A DNA stretch of 64,000 bases from Octopus vulgaris (taxonomy: Eukaryota), in NCBI GenBank assembly GCA_951406725.2, contig OX597815.1, positions 152,520,001-152,584,000 of the forward strand, written 5' to 3'. The position numbers and the translations under genes are program-made. The notes under the pieces were generated by a model. That model was given only the letters and a program-made list of their open reading frames with translations, had not been told where the DNA came from and ran no database searches. This document shows, piece after piece, positions 1 to 12,476 of the stretch; within the stretch, counting starts at the first letter, position 1; every line of letters begins with the position of its first letter.

Positions 1-420
1 CTAACGTGGGTGATGACAGGACTGCCTGATTGGCAATCGTGCCAGTGGAACGTTAAAAGCACATCCGAGCATGCTCGTTGCCAGAGCTGCTGTTGGCTCC
101 CATGCCGGTGGCATGTAAAAAGCACCATTCAAGCGTGATCATTGCCAGTGTCGTCTTACAGGCACATGAAAAACAACATTCGAGCATGGTCATTGCCAGT
201 GCCGCCGGACTAGCTCTCAAGCAGGTAGCACGTAAAAAACACATTTTCTGCGTGGTCGTTGCCAGAATCCCCTGACTGGCCCTCGTACTGGTGGCACATA
301 AAAGCACCCCTACACTCTGGGAACGGTTGGCATTAGGAAGGGCATCAAGCTGTAGAGACTTTACCAGATCTGATTGGAGCCCAGTGCAGTGTTCTGGCTC
401 ACCAATCCTCAGTCAAACTC
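1..420 (+). mobile_element. RTE-LINE 3'UTR-derived repeat
   Basis: ~60-bp tandem units (gccagtggcatgtaaaaagcacc...) followed by ggttggcattaggaagggcatc, as in the 3'UTR of the full RTE at 6885-7340. Confidence 0.75.
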
Positions 421-564
421 CCTTTTTTCTAACGATCCCTTTTGATCAAAATTCCACCCCCACTATATTTTTCTTCTCTTCTCCAAAAGAAAAGCTCTAC
501 TTTGTATTTTGTCCCCTCTGTGTTCAGCCCTGTGTGGCCAATAAGGAAACATATCTACCTATCT
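421..564 (+). mobile_element. 3' end of an L1/Tx1 element
   Basis: aaagctctac...cagccctgtgtggccaataaggaaacatatctacctatct matches the 3' ends at 13870, 45400 and 46345. Confidence 0.75.
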
Positions 565-599
565 AATTGCAGTGACACATAGCATTCGAAGCCCTGATT

Positions 600-960
600 G
601 GTAATGAAAAAATTAGGCCATGATATATTTGATGGTTTTATCTCCATCGTATTTCAAGTGCAGTCGTATGATCACTTGATTCAAACACTCTCCAAAGTAT
701 GGAGACAATCGACAATTTTCGAAGTCCTTTCTTCACAATGAACATTGTTCTGCCTGTTGCTCTCGTACCGTCTGTTTTGCCAGGTCTTAGGACACTTCCA
801 TCTGCCCATCTTGCATTTATTTGTTTCCTATGACATTCTTTGCAGAACCCTACACATTGCAGTTTACCTCCCTTTTCTCTTCTATTAGATGAAACATTCC
901 GGTTGCTCTTGCCAAATACCTGCATTTGTAGGTATGTATGGCAAAGTTTATTATCCGGTT
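600..960 (-). pseudogene. Degenerate LINE AP-endonuclease fragment
   Basis: Minus-strand VGFCKECHRK..GTRATGRTMFIV resembles the LxETRxK / GVGFIV motifs; heavily decayed. Confidence 0.35.
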
Positions 961-2464
961 CATTGGCAGCTTATGGCCACTTGAGATTCTTAGCAGTATT
1001 TGGTCACTCAGATTCTGCTATCCCATCGTGGAGCGGTCAGATTGACTATTGCACATTTCCTCGCATTGTTAAAGCTTTCAAGTGAAGTGACCCCGATGGC
1101 TAAGCAGACATGCCATGATTGCTTCTTCAGTTTAGCTGGCTGTTAGCCCCTACGGAATAGACTCCATGCTCAGTGAACCAGTCATTCCATAGGCTCAATA
1201 GTCTGGCACCTTTGTAGTTTGGCTGGACATGTGTGGGCGAAACCCAACTCCAGTGCTTCATAGTGGTGTCACAATGACTCAGAATATATACACACACATA
1301 TCATATTTGTATGGGTGTGTATTCTTTTATTTGTGTCAGTCATTTGACTACAGCTACTCTTTCGCCTATTTTGCATGCATGAACAGCTTATCCTTGACCA
1401 TCTTGTTTATGGTAATTTGAACCAAAAACCCATACATTTCTTGCATATTTTAACAATACCTACGTCCTGTTTAAGACAGCTGGCAAGGTATATCAGTACA
1501 AGCTTTACTTTTAGCAGCTGAATGAGTCATCAAAATATCTGCTTGGTATATCAACATTGACTTCTGTAAGGTAAAATGATCATTTTCTTTCCTTAAATCT
1601 TGTTTTATTTTGTGATTTCAAATTAACATTGGAAAGATTGCTGCTTTTAATGTTATAGATGCATACATGCTTACATATATGCATACATGCATGCAGTCAA
1701 ACATACATACACATACACACACACTCAGACACACGCATATACATACTTGGTTTGGTTGTCCTTTGGTGCTTAAACCTAAACACCTCTGATGTATCTTGAC
1801 TGTTTTTAGACGCAAGTACCTAGCTCTAACTACACTTACCTTCGCCTCTCAGCTCATCAATATACCACAAATGGAAAACAAATCCTTACTTTCTCAGAAC
1901 CAAAGGAGGAGCTGCAGAGGGTACTAGAAATTAGTTAAATATAACCGTACATATCTGCCTTATCGGCCCTCCCATAAGGTTATTTATAGGGGTTTACACT
2001 CAATAAATTACTCAAAAGGTTACTGCACAAGTCAGCAGGTGTGGTTTATGCTGAGCCACTCCCATTCTCTCCTCCGTCAAACTTCTATTCGTTTGATATA
2101 ACAGTGATACAAAGATAGTTTCATGCTCTTCGAAAACCTAAAATTCCCGAACCAAGCTACTTGATGTAGTTTGAAATTATACCCGGGGAACGACTGTTTT
2201 AACGAAGTCGCTTCTTGTCCCAACGTTCGAAATGCAGAGTAGATAAAACAGGGGGCAGCTGATGAAGGGAATGTTCTTCATGTTTCATGTCTTGTATCTC
2301 TATTTGTTTCTTTTGTTGTTCAAAATAAATTCGTTTTCCAGGTTTTTGTTATTTTATGTTCTCGTTTTACATTTTGTTCATGTTCTCTTTACGTTGTGTT
2401 CCCATATATGCATGTATATATACATATATATGTAGGTATGAACATATATGTATGTATATATGCA

Positions 2465-2506
<42 letters not shown>

Positions 2507-2544
2507 TGTATGTATGTATATATATATATGTATATATATTTCTA

Positions 2545-2624
2545 GTTCCGGGTTCAGTCCCACTGCGGGCCGACCAAAGCCTTGTGAGTTGATTTGGTAG
2601 ACAGATACTGAAAGAAGCCCGTCG

Positions 2625-2692
<68 letters not shown>

Positions 2693-2902
2693 TGCATGTT
2701 TGTGTGTCTGTGTTTGTCCCCCTAGCATTGCTTGACAACCGATGCTGGTGTGTTTACGTCACCATCACTTAGCAGTTCGGCAAAAAGAGACCAATAGAAT
2801 AAGTGCTGGGCTTACAAACAATAAGTCCTGGGGTTGATTCGCTTGACTAAAGGTGGTGCTCCAGCATGGCCATAGTCAAAGGACTGAAACAAGTAAAAGA
2901 GT
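2545..2902 (+). mobile_element. tRNA-derived SINE, family A (internal TA/TG microsatellite)
   Basis: ggttcagtcccactgc...ccttgtgagttgatttggtagac...gctccagcatggcc...gactgaaacaagtaaaagag. Same family at 35424, 55993, 59658, 60075, 60595 and 61205. Confidence 0.8.
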
Positions 2903-3118
2903 AAATATCTTTATATATATAATAAAATATTAGGGAATAAATCCAAACTTACAGGGAAAAATCAGATTTAGGATTAAATCCAATTTTATAGTATAAATAT
3001 ATTATAATATATTACGTTAAATTAGAGATAAAACCACTATTAGGCAAATCAAATAATGAAAAACACAAGCCAATACATAAAATTAATTAATTTATATTAT
3101 TTTAAATATATATCAAAA

Positions 3119-3162
<44 letters not shown>

Positions 3163-3390
3163 TTTATTTAAAGCAGCAGAAAATTCAACAAAATCTGTTA
3201 CTCTGAGTTTCTCGTTGCCGTTCATCAGACAGTTTTTGCTAGAAAAACTGTCTGATGAATGGCAACGAGAAACTCAGAGTAACAGATTTTGTTGAATTTT
3301 CTGCTGCTTTAAATAAAACATATTACTCTACCACTGGTATTTGAGTACTCTTTTTTCCACCTTGTTTCACATTTATGTGTTTACTCCGGT
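3163..3390. mobile_element. Palindromic Penelope-pLTR-like element with hammerhead motifs on both arms
   Basis: Near-perfect inverted repeat 3163-3317 containing ctgt-CTGATGA-a(c/t)ggcaacga-GAAAC-tcaga-GTA-acag. Relatives at 36019-36248 and 58956-59092. Confidence 0.7.
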
Positions 3391-4388
3391 ATATATATAT
3401 ATATACAACTGTTTAATAACATTTTATTCTCTGGTTTGAAGTGACAATTTATAAATACCAACAAATGACTAGATAATAATGAATTAACCCCAGTTAGAAT
3501 CGAACCCACAAATCGACAACAACACGGATTCTTGTGCATCCGATTAGCCAAACACACCCCTATCGATTTCAGCCAAATTTAGTTAATATATACCATCTAA
3601 TACGTGCTATATATAACCTTTTCTACGCTAGGCACAAGGCCCGAAATTGTTTTTTGGTGGGGGCAGTCAATTAGATCAACCCAATATGCAACAGGTATTT
3701 AATTTATCGACTCCAAAAGGATGGAAGATAAAGTCGACCTCGGTGGAATTTGAAGTCAGAATGGAAAGACATACCACATATAATATTTGTAAAGAAACGC
3801 GGAAGGCTTTGTAAGTTATGGAGAGAAAGCTACTATGGAAGGCTCATAGTATACCAATAACCATATAATAACATACCGTAGCAATATTTTATTTTCTCTT
3901 TAAGTATATATTAACTAAATTTGGCTGAAATTGATGGATGAGCATTTGACCAATTGTATGTTAGTGTTGATTTGTGGGTTGGATTCTGGGTGGGGTTAGC
4001 TCATCATTTTTCAGTCATTTGTTTGTATTTATAAATTGTTGCTTCAAACCAGGGAATAAAATATTATTATATGTTATTATACAGTTATTGTACTATAAGC
4101 CTTCCATAGTAGCTTTTTCTCAGTAACTTACAAAGCGGTATATATATATATGTGTGTATATATATATATATATCATTTTTCATAGCATTTTTTCCGATGG
4201 CTGGATAACTGAAGGGATGGCGGCGTGGATTTCCAGCCTGACATCCGAAACTTGGAGTTTTATCATGGCTACCAAATAATTGTCACATATTACATTTACA
4301 GACAAATTCCTCTATTTACATAATATCGAGGTCTGTTTCTTTCTTTTGTTGTCTTACCATTTGTATCAATATGTATATATATATTTCA

Positions 4389-6420
4389 GTTCTATATTTA
4401 AAAGATGAGGAATTTACAATTGATGGATATTTGTCCTCATCTTGCTTGTTGTTAACACAATGTTTCGGCTGATATACACTCCAGTCTTCATCAGGTGTCT
4501 TGGGAAAAGGTATTTTTCGATGTTGGTGTTGTTGTTATTAATAAAGGCTTATAAATCTAATATTCTCCTATCCTTCCTTAATACCACTTTCCATATGCTG
4601 TTCCTAACTGCACTCAGTCTGCTTCGGAGGTTGTTGTGTCCTAGCATATGTGCTGCTTCTTTTAGTTTTCGTATTTCCCAGTGGTGTTCTCTGTCTATTA
4701 TTTTAACTTCATCCCACTGGGGGAAGTGGTCTCCATTTTTCCATACTTGATCAGCTATACCCGATTAATCAATATCTCCCCGTGTCACAACTTTGCGATG
4801 CTCTTCTACCCTTATTTTGAGGTGGCAGCATGTCTTGCCTTTGTATAACCTACCACAGTTGTATGGGATGGAGTACATGCAGTTCTTAGTCATATTCTCT
4901 TCTATTGATAGTTTTACTCGAAGGAGATATTTGCAAAGTGTTGTGTTACTTTTGAATACTGCCCTGATGTCATATAGGCCGCATATCTTTTGTATCTTTT
5001 CAAAGAGTATCTTTTCACATAGGGTAGACAGATTGTGACTAGTTTATCGGTTTCATCCTCTCTTTTCTTCATAATTGGAGTGGAGAGTGATTTTGGGGTA
5101 GTTGTTGCTTAATAGATTGTTACTGAGCTTGATCGCTACTTATATTCATTGCTTGAGGTTTTAGGCACTGAGCAATCCCTCTCTTTACACTGTATGGAAG
5201 TTGGGAGCTGAAGTTGAAGGATCGTCTAGTAAAGGTCGGCTTGTGGTATACGGATGCCCTGAATCCATACTTGGTGCGTGTTATTAACATGTCCAGGAAT
5301 GCTAACTGATTGTCTTTTTCTTTTTCCATTGTAAACTGTATGGATGGCTTTATTGAGTTCACATGATCTAACAACACTTGGACATCTTCCTGATGGGGCC
5401 AGAGTATGAAGGTGTCATCAACATATAGCAGACATAGGGTTGATTTTAGTGGTGTTGATCCTAAAGCCAAATTCTTAAAGTATTCCATGTATATATTGGC
5501 TATTATTGGTGATAATGGTGAACCCATAGCTAAACTCTCTTCATGTCAATATCTATCTATACTGAAGTAGGTAGTTTCTGCACAGAAAGTCAACATTTTC
5601 ATCAGGTTTCTTATTGGCATATTAGTGCGTTCTTTTATATGGATGTCTGTCCTTAGTTTTTCTTGAATCACTGATAGTGCTTCACCAGTAGGGACTTCGG
5701 TGAACAGACTTATCACTTCTAGACTCACCATCTGATTGGATTCAATGGGGGTATCCTTGATCAATTCTGTGAAGTGGGTGGAATTCTTCACGTACGTTGT
5801 TGACTTTCCTGCAAATGGACTGATTATATCCATAAGGATATAATCAGGTCTATATGAAATACCATATAGGTCTTAATGGAATACCATCCTTGTGAATCTT
5901 AGGAAGACTGTACATGTGTGGTAGTTTACTGTAGTGTTGAGTCAGCTGTCTGTACTTCATTGGTGTAAAGTGATCCTTGTTCTTGATCAAGATCTGTAAC
6001 AACTTCCTCTCTGTTTTCAAAGTAGGGTCTTTATTTTCTTTGCTGTAGCTACCATCACTTATAAGACTTGCCAGTTTTTCCGAGAAGTCAGACTTGTTCA
6101 CCATCACTGTAGCATTTCCCTTGTCTGCTGGAAGTAATATGATGGAACTGTCACTGTGTAGGCTTTTGATAGTGAACGTTTCTTCCTTAGTGATGTTTGG
6201 TTTGGGAAGTTTCGCTTTTTCTAGTACTTCCCTCACTTTCCACCTTAGTTCATCTCTCTGAGCTTTTGGTATCTTTATGGCTTCAATAGGGCGACTATGT
6301 CCAAGTATGGAATGTGCTTTGTTTAGTACTGCTTCTTCAGAGCTTTCTAGATGTCGGCTACTTACATTATTTATTGCTTTCACAGGTGGGTGACGGACTT
6401 CATTCTTCATTCTCTGACCT
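4389..6420 (-). mobile_element. Penelope-like element (RT + GIY-YIG), frameshifted
   Basis: PADKGNATV, LPKIHKDGIPLRPI, MGSPLSPIIANIYME, YVDD. GIY-YIG-like MYSIPYNCGRLYKGKT..RVEEH near 4550-4900. The 3' pLTR contains a hammerhead at ~4455-4500. Confidence 0.92.
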
Positions 6421-6728
6421 TTGAGAAGCAGAGAGAGAGTGTGTGTGGGTGACAGCAGGATAGAGATGGTGGCAAAGTGCCGGGCATACTCACAAGCAAC
6501 AGGGATCAAAATGTAAATGGGATGGTTGAGTAAAGGAAGAGAAAGATATTGATGGTGGCAAGCACCAGGCCATACCCTTGAGGTTTTGAATATCATAATA
6601 TAAGTGGCAGCATATTGCAAAGGAAGTGGGATTAAAAAGTGCGAGTGAATGGCAAAAACGTGGGTACATATAGAGTCGGAGAGTTATCAAATAGCAATGA
6701 TACAGAGAAACAGGGCTGTCAAGATAGG

Positions 6729-6766
<38 letters not shown>

Positions 6767-6805
6767 ATGTATATATATGTATGCATGTATTTATATATAT
6801 ATATA

Positions 6806-6870
<65 letters not shown>

Positions 6871-6884
6871 TATATATATATATA

Positions 6885-9800
6885 TCATCATCATCATCAT
6901 CATCATTTAGAGTCCGTTTTCCATGCTAGCATGGGTTGGACGGTTTAACTGGGGTCTGTGAAGCCGGAAGGCTTCATCAGGCCCAGTCAGATTTGGCAGT
7001 GTTTCTACGGCTGGATGCCCTTCCTAACGCCAACCACTCCGCTAGTGTAGTGGGTGTTTTTTATGTGCCACCTGCACAGGTGCCAGACAGAGCTGGCACA
7101 ACAGCCACGAACGGACGGTGCTTTTACGTGTCACGGCACGGGGGCCAGCCGAGGCTGGCAATGAACACATACGGATGGTGCTTTTACGTGCCACTGACAC
7201 GGGGGCCAGACAGAGCTGGCAAACGGCCATGAGCGAATGGTGCTTTTACGTATCACCGACACGGGTGCCAGACGAGGCTGGCAGCAGACACGGATATATG
7301 ATTTGATTTTGATTCTTCTCACTGGTCTTGCCGGGTCTTCTCACGCACAGCATACTTCCACAGGTCTCAGGTCTCTGGTCATTTCCTTGGTGAGACCTAG
7401 AGTTCGAAGGTCGTGCTTCACCACCTCGACCCAGGTTTTCCTGGGTCTACCTCTTCCACAGGTTCCCTCAACTGCCAGGGTGTGGCACTTTTTCACACAC
7501 CTATCTTCGTCCATTCTCGCCACATGACCATACCAGCGCAATCGTCTCTCTTGCACACAACATCTGATGCCTCTTAGGTCCAACTTTTCTCTCAAGGTAC
7601 TTACACTCTGTCGACTATGAACACTGACATTACACATCCAACGGAGCATACTAGCTTCATTTCTTGTGAGCTTACGTAAATCCTCAGCACTCACAGCCCA
7701 AGTTTCACTACCATGTAGCATGGCTGTACGTACACATGCATCATACAGTCTGCCTTTTACTTTGAGCGAGAGGCCTTTTGTCACTAGTAGGGGCAAGAGC
7801 TCTCTAAACTTTGCCCAGGCTATTCTTACTCTAGCAGTTATACTTTCAGCACACCCGCCCCCACTACTGACTTGGTCACCTAGGTAGTGGAAGCTATCAA
7901 CTACTTCTAGTTTTTCTCTCTGAAACGTGATAGAAGTTGGTCTCTGCATATTTTCAAAGTTTATTGCTCCTGAGCATCTGCCACAGATAAAAACTATTTT
8001 CCTAGTTAGTCTTCCTTTGACATTACTACATCTCTTATGTGTCCATAGCTTACATTTGGTGCATCTTATGGAGTTTCTACCTACGCCTTTTCTACAGATC
8101 GAGCAAGGCCATCTACCTGAAGGCGTTTGTGATTGGTCTACCTTCATACTTATTAGGACTTTGGTTTTGGCTAGGTTGATTCTAAGGCCCTTCGATTCTA
8201 AACCTTGCTTCCACACCTGAAACTTCTCCTCCAGTTCTGATAGAGACTCAGCAATTAGAGCAAGGTCATCAGCATAGAGGAGCTCCCAGGGCATCCAGTC
8301 TTGAATTCCTCCATTATTGCCTGGAGGACTATGATAAATAGGAGGGGGCTGAGGACTGAACCTTGGTGGACCCCAACCTCTACCCTGAATTCTTCACTGT
8401 ACTCGGTGCCAACCCTCACCTTACTAGCAGCGTCTCTGTACATGGCTTGTACAGCTCTCACTAACCATTCATCTATCCCTAGTTTCCTCATTGACCACCA
8501 GATAAGGGATCGGGAGACCCTGTCGAAGGCTTTCTCCATATCGACAAAAGCCAGGTATAGGGGTTTGTCTTTGGCTAGGTATCTCTCCTGCAGCTGTCTT
8601 ACCAGGAAAATAGCATCAGTAGTACTTTTCCCTGGCACGAACCCAAACTGCATCTGATCTAAGCTAACTCTCTCTCTAATTTGTTGGGCTATAACCCTCT
8701 CCGTTACCTTCATTACCTGATCTAGCAGCTTGATACCCCTATTGTTATTTGTATCTAGGGCGTCACCTTTACCTTTGTAGCAGTTAACTTTTATGCTGCT
8801 ACACCAGTCATTGGGAATGACTCCTTCGTGTATCACCTGGTTAACTATACGGGTGACTAGGCTATAGCCAGCACTACCAGATATTTTGAGCATCTCTGCA
8901 GTAATTCCTGATGGGCCTGGGGCTTTCCCTGTTTTCATGCTTCTAATTGCCTTATCTACTAAGGAACTGTCAACTCGGATTGCTGGTCCCTCTGTTGGGT
9001 CAACATTCGGCAGACTCTCTTTATCCCATTCATTTTCCTCATTCAGCAACCTTTCATAGTGGCGTCTCCAAACCTCTCTCTTTGCATCCTCATTTAGCGC
9101 AAGTGAGCCGTCATCCTTGCGAACACATTTCTCTCCTACCACGTCACGATTCTCTCTCACACACTGTCTTGCAACACGAAATAACTCAAGTCTTTCATCT
9201 TCACGGCGCAGGACATTGGCAAATTTTTTCTTATGTGCTTCCCCTCTGGCTAAATACACCTGCCTCTTAGCCTCCCTTCTTGCAGTCTGATACACTTCCC
9301 TGCTACCACCGTTCTTCCAGTCCTTCCAAGCCTGTTTCTTTTGTCTAATAGCCCTGTCAACAGTATTGTTCCACCACCACGTTATTTTGGGTCTTGTGGG
9401 GACTTTGCACCAGCCACAGATCTGGTCTGTGGCTTTCAGCAGGTTGTCCCTTAGAAGCGCCCAGTTATCTTCTACCCCATGTGTAGCTATACCCCCTTCT
9501 ATTTCGTCGAAGGCTTCAAGTAACATGTCTCTAAATCTCTGTCCACTTGCAGGGTCTTTAAGCTTCCAGACCCTTCTTCTCCATGTTGGTCGTCTTCTAG
9601 TCGTCCTCTTAGTCCTGATTCTAAAGTCACTGACTACCAGTCTATGTTGTGGGGTACACTCTTCACCTGGGAAGGTTTTGGCATTTATAAGCAGCCATCT
9701 TTCCCTTTTTCTGGTAAGGATGTAGTCAATTTGGCTAGTATGCTGGCCCGAACGGTAGGTGATCAAGTGGCTTGTCGGTTTCCTGAAGTTAGTGTTGCAA

Positions 9801-10901
9801 ACCATAAGACTATTCACATCACAGAACTCCAGCAGCCTGGTTCCCTCCTCATTGCGAGAACCATAACCATAGCCTCCATGAACGCCATAGAAGCCCTCAG
9901 CATATCGTCCAACATGCCCATTGAAGTCACCACCCACAAAGAGAAGGTCCCTGTCGTTCGTCAGTGAGGTGGTCTGCAGTAGGGTGTCATAGAAACAGTC
10001 TTTCTGTCCATCGGGTAGCCCTGGCTGAGGGGCATAGGCCGATATAATAGTTGCTAAACTATGATGGAGCACTAAACAAATCTTCAGTATTCTGTCACAT
10101 ACTCTGACTACCTCGATTACCTTACCTACCCATTTTTCGGCAATAAGCATACCTATTCCCCCGACCCCTTCAGTATTCCCAGCCCAGAAAATCTTGTACC
10201 TCTGTCCTTTACCTGTGAGGAACCTAGCAGAACCTCCTCTCCACCTCACCTCTTGAACACAGCATATATCCACACACCTTTGTTCAAGCAATTCAACGAT
10301 CTCGCCAGATCTGCCTTTCAGTGTGCCAATGTTGAGGGTGCCAATCCTGAGGGAGTGGGAGGCATTGGACCTAGTAGCATCATGAACCTGAAAAGAAAAC
10401 TCGTGTTTGGCAGAATTCATAAACAGACAATTAAACCTAAGTTCAAACCGCGTACATTACCAATATATCTTGCAATGAATGACCACTACCATTTATGGGA
10501 AGGAGGAGCAAGTGGCGTAGACAACAGGGATGCGAAGTGTACATGGGAGATAGACATGTACATGGGAGACAACAAGGATGAGAAAATTTTGGACTTCCTG
10601 TAGCAGTGGGGGCAGTGTAAAACTTAAAGTGTACATCAGAGACAGCGATGAGAAAATTTTAGGCTTCCTGTAACGGTGGTAGGGGTGGGAGGGCGGGCGA
10701 TCCCCGTGAAAGTCGGCCGCCATTGAGACCCCTGTATGGAGAAACTTAAATATTTATTCTATATTTAGCGAGACAAGAGGCCGAACCGATGGTCAACGAT
10801 AACTAATGAATTATACATAATATGCAATACGAGGCGAGGCTGAAAATAATAATAAACAAATTGATGACTGGGGATCAAAGGGATAATACTAATACTAATA
10901 C

Positions 10902-10938
<37 letters not shown>

Positions 10939-11397
10939 CAGCTTAACCACTAGAGATCAGACAAATTTGCATGAGAATATTACTGGTACAGATACGGGAT
11001 GAATTAGATTAAAAAGGTTTTCTTATCTTGGAAACATTTCGTTTTCGGCCTGACTCGGCAGAAGGGATTTGAAATCAAGAAATGAGGCAGGTTACTTGAC
11101 GGGCTAGCTTAAGAATGCTCTTAGCAATGGAAGGGGGAAGGAAGAGGGGGAGGACAGACAACGTAAAAGAGGGAGAGAGAGAAAGGGAATAGTGGCACCC
11201 CGCGAAAGTCGGCCGCCATTGAGACCCCTGTATGGAGAAACTTAAATATCTATTCTATATTTAGCGAGACACGAGGCCGAACCGATGGTCAATGATAACT
11301 AATGAATTATACATAGTATGCAATACGAGGCGAGGCTGAAAATAATAATAAACAAATTGACGACTGGGGATCAAAGGGATAATACTAATACTAATAC

Positions 11398-11431
<34 letters not shown>

Positions 11432-11576
11432 CAGCTTAACCACTAGAGATCAGACAAATTTGCATGAGAATATTACTGGTACAGATACGGGATGAATTAG
11501 ATTAAAAAAGGTTTTCTTATCTTGGAAACATTTCGTTTTCGGCCTGACTCGGCAGAAGGGATTTGAAATCAAGAAA
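6885..11576 (-). mobile_element. Full-length RTE-clade LINE (APE-RT ORF 10420->7341 with one frameshift near 8290)
   Basis: APE motifs (VQEVRW, GDFNGHVG, SQIDYIL, QHRLV), RT motifs (QFGF, VHQGSVLSP, LYADD), RTE C-terminus (RRLRWYGHV, RGRPRKTW). (GAT)n tail at 6885-6906, tandem-repeat 3'UTR, long 5'UTR, flanked by (TA)n. Confidence 0.96.
10702..11576. repeat. Direct duplication of ~380 bp (period ~496 bp) in the RTE 5'UTR
   Basis: 10702-11082 and 11198-11576 are nearly identical (cccc..gaaagtcggccgccattgagacc...gaaatcaagaaa), each with an internal (TAA)n. Confidence 0.92.
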
Positions 11577-11585
11577 ATATATATG

Positions 11586-11618
<33 letters not shown>

Positions 11619-11738
11619 ATGTATATATATATATATGTATATATATATATGTATATATATATATGTATATATATATATATACACACACACATACATACAT
11701 ATACATATATATATACATATACATACATATATATATAT

Positions 11739-11865
11739 CATCATCATCATCATCGTTTAACGTCCGCTTTCCATGCTAGCATGGGTTGGACGGTTCAACT
11801 GGGGTCTGGGGGAGCCCGAAGGCTGCACCAGGCCAGTCAGATCTGGCAGTGTTTCTACAGCTGGA
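11739..11865 (-). mobile_element. Short 5'-truncated RTE 3' end
   Basis: (cat)n cgtttaacgtccgctttccatgctagcatggg... inserted in (TA)n. Confidence 0.8.
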
Positions 11866-12041
11866 TATATATATATATATATATGCATATATATATCTTT
11901 ATACACAGCTTAATTTTGAGATTGCTAGTGTTAATAATACTCCCAAATAAAATACAAGTGAGCATTTGTAATCCGAAATGACTGGTAAGTAATTGCATAT
12001 GAGTATTTTTGTATTTGTTTTTGTATAGTGTGTGTAAAAAA

Positions 12042-12123
12042 CATCCTGATGAGGGGAGTGTCAGTTCTGAAAATATAAAATATATCATATTACTTGGCGC
12101 ATCTCTGAAACGACCCGTAGATG
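12042..12123 (+). ncRNA. Type I hammerhead ribozyme motif
   Basis: catc-CTGATGA-[gggga/tctct + gtgtca/tggcgc stem II]-GAAA-cg-acc-cg-TA-gatg. Complete core, stems I-III, GUA cleavage triplet. Confidence 0.7.
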
Positions 12124-12429
12124 GAACTCTAAATTTTAAAATTTTCGTGTTATATTTCTGAGGATTTTAGTACGTCCTCTTGGTGTTTCATCATAGCAAA
12201 TTTTTAATTACACCAATATTTTATAACTTTTAAATGTAAATTTACTGTGTTCTATGTATAACACCGATTTATATTTATTTATATATATTTTTATATTTGG
12301 AATTTATAAATCCGTGTTGTAAATGCGGAAGAATATATGAATATATGTATGTATTTGATCTTCGAGTTTGGATCTTAATTATGTTCCTCTAGTTTCCGCT
12401 TGCATTGCCTCCATTAAAGTTACTATGAG

Positions 12430-12472
<43 letters not shown>

Positions 12473-12476
12473 GATA

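Noticed and set aside
7040-7300. Repeat/spacer-like ~60-bp units (ggtgcttttacgtgccac...)
   Set aside because: The whole unit is homologous between copies; this is the tandem 3'UTR of the RTE LINE.
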